The notes under the pieces were generated by a model that was given only the letters and a program-made list of their open reading frames with translations, was not told where the DNA came from and made no database searches. 64,000 nucleotides of DNA from Vicinamibacterales bacterium (lineage in GTDB: Bacteria; Acidobacteriota; Vicinamibacteria; Vicinamibacterales; UBA8438), in NCBI GenBank assembly GCA_965221305.1, contig OZ244881.1:3542091-3606090 (forward strand). Direction: 5' to 3'. The position numbers were made by a program, and so were the translations under genes. This document shows positions 63,225 to 64,000 of the stretch, in pieces (the stretch's first letter is position 1; every line of letters begins with the position of its first letter).

Positions 63225-63456
63225 CGTCGTCGAGCGCCTTCTGTATCCGGGAGGCGGGAATCACGCCCGCGTTGCGGGGCACGTCGAACGTGGCGAAGCG
63301 CCCCGTGGATCTGCGTTCCCCGAGACCCTGCAGCTCGGGTTGCAGCGCCTGCCGCGCCATGTCCGACAGGACGCGTCCGAGCCGCTGACCGGTGGCGCGG
63401 GCGTGACTGAGGGCCGCTTCGTAGACGTCGTCGTCGAGGGTCACGGTCGTGCGCAT
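63211..63456 (-). CDS. vapB: VapB-type antitoxin
   Basis: 81 aa starting MRTTVTLDDDVYEAAL. It overlaps vapC by 14 nt. The start is an internal ATG of track ORF 63211..63597. Confidence 0.7.
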   Translation of the reverse strand: MRTTVTLDDDVYEAALSHARATGQRLGRVLSDMARQALQPELQGLGERRSTGRFATFDVPRNAGVIPASRIQKALDDDGVV

Positions 63457-63516
63457 GGCACGATGATACACTGATGCACTTGCATCGGTCGCGCCGGTCG
63501 CACTCCACGAGAGCAG

Positions 63517-63620
63517 CGGCACACACCCGACGGTCCGACGGTTCTCCTTTACACACTTCCCGAACGAGCAACCAGACCGGCGATTCGGGCGGCACACACC
63601 CGACGGTCCGACAGTTCTCT
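63517..63620. repeat. 31-nt direct repeat x2 (period 73) upstream of vapB
   Basis: ggcacacacccgacggtccgac(g/a)gttctc occurs twice. Confidence 0.85.
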
Positions 63621-63621
63621 C

Positions 63622-64000
63622 TTATCGCCGGCTCCGGCGTTCCCCGAGCCGGATCTCGTTCAACAGGCGCTGCGGCCCGGGAGCGCCGGGAACCAGCCGC
63701 ACGAGGGCGGTGGCGAGCTCCTCCGCCTCGCTCCACCGCTGTTCGTCCATCAGTAGGCGGGCGAGGGCGAGCACGACGTCGGGGTCGCGGTCGTCGCGCC
63801 GGCGGGCCGCGCGTAGCGCCGCCTCCGCCTCCTCGAGGCGGCCCGCCAACTGGAGAGCGAGTCCGTAGTTGTAGTGCACGCGTGCGCGGGCGGCGGGGAC
63901 GGCGGCGCGGGCGAGGCTCTCGATCGCCTCGTCGAGCCGGCCTTCCTCGGCGAGCAGGAGGCCGAGCGAGTAGTGCAGCTCCGGCTCGTCGGGGTCGTGA
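63622..64000 (-). CDS. TPR-repeat protein, C-terminal part (5' end outside window)
   Basis: The frame stays open to the window edge. Repeated TPR-like units are present (LHYSLGLLLAEEGRLDEAIESL, VHYNYGLALQLAGRLEEAEAAL). Confidence 0.6.
   Translation of the reverse strand, partial: HDPDEPELHYSLGLLLAEEGRLDEAIESLARAAVPAARARVHYNYGLALQLAGRLEEAEAALRAARRRDDRDPDVVLALARLLMDEQRWSEAEELATALVRLVPGAPGPQRLLNEIRLGERRSRR

Overview
This is a high-GC (about 70%) bacterial chromosomal window. The gene content (TonB-dependent receptor, lipoprotein signal, GldG/DUF4340 pair, VWA 'acidobacterial-type' protein) suggests a diderm, possibly Acidobacteriota or Gemmatimonadota, but that placement is only a guess.

**Housekeeping content**
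- leuC-leuD, a divergent LysR-family regulator, then leuA-leuB.
- An outer-membrane / TonB receptor cluster.
- A PQQ-type sugar dehydrogenase and an M24 peptidase.
- tRNA-Ser(GCU).
- modABC with an HTH-TOBE regulator.
- Transketolase, a SoxCD-like sulfite dehydrogenase and a gluconolactonase.

**Accessory content**
1. A complete Pgl / type 2 BREX cassette sits on the minus strand (pglW-pglX-pglY-pglZ, about 26.96-42.27 kb).
   - A fused nucleotidyltransferase-HEPN ORF lies between pglX and pglY and appears translationally coupled to pglY.
   - The middle of pglX shows a GC dip.
   - Imperfect direct repeats bracket the cassette.
2. A split-OLD-like two-gene module (ABC-type ATPase plus DUF4276 Toprim-like protein, 45.6-47.4 kb) lies on the other side of the mod operon.
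3. A small degenerate orphan CRISPR-like array (54.71-54.99 kb) has no cas genes in the window.
4. Two candidate selenoprotein genes are invisible to the stop-to-stop ORF track.
   - One is an OsmC-like peroxiredoxin with UGA at the first conserved Cys position.
   - The other is a SelW/Rdx-like CxxU protein.
   - Both have SECIS-like hairpins downstream of the UGA.
5. A vapBC pair.
6. Many locus-specific 2-3 copy tandem duplications sit exactly at gene boundaries.

Many long ORFs in the track are antisense or out-of-frame artefacts of the high GC content. Coordinates I derived by hand-counting (tRNA, repeats, hairpins) may be off by 1-2 nt.
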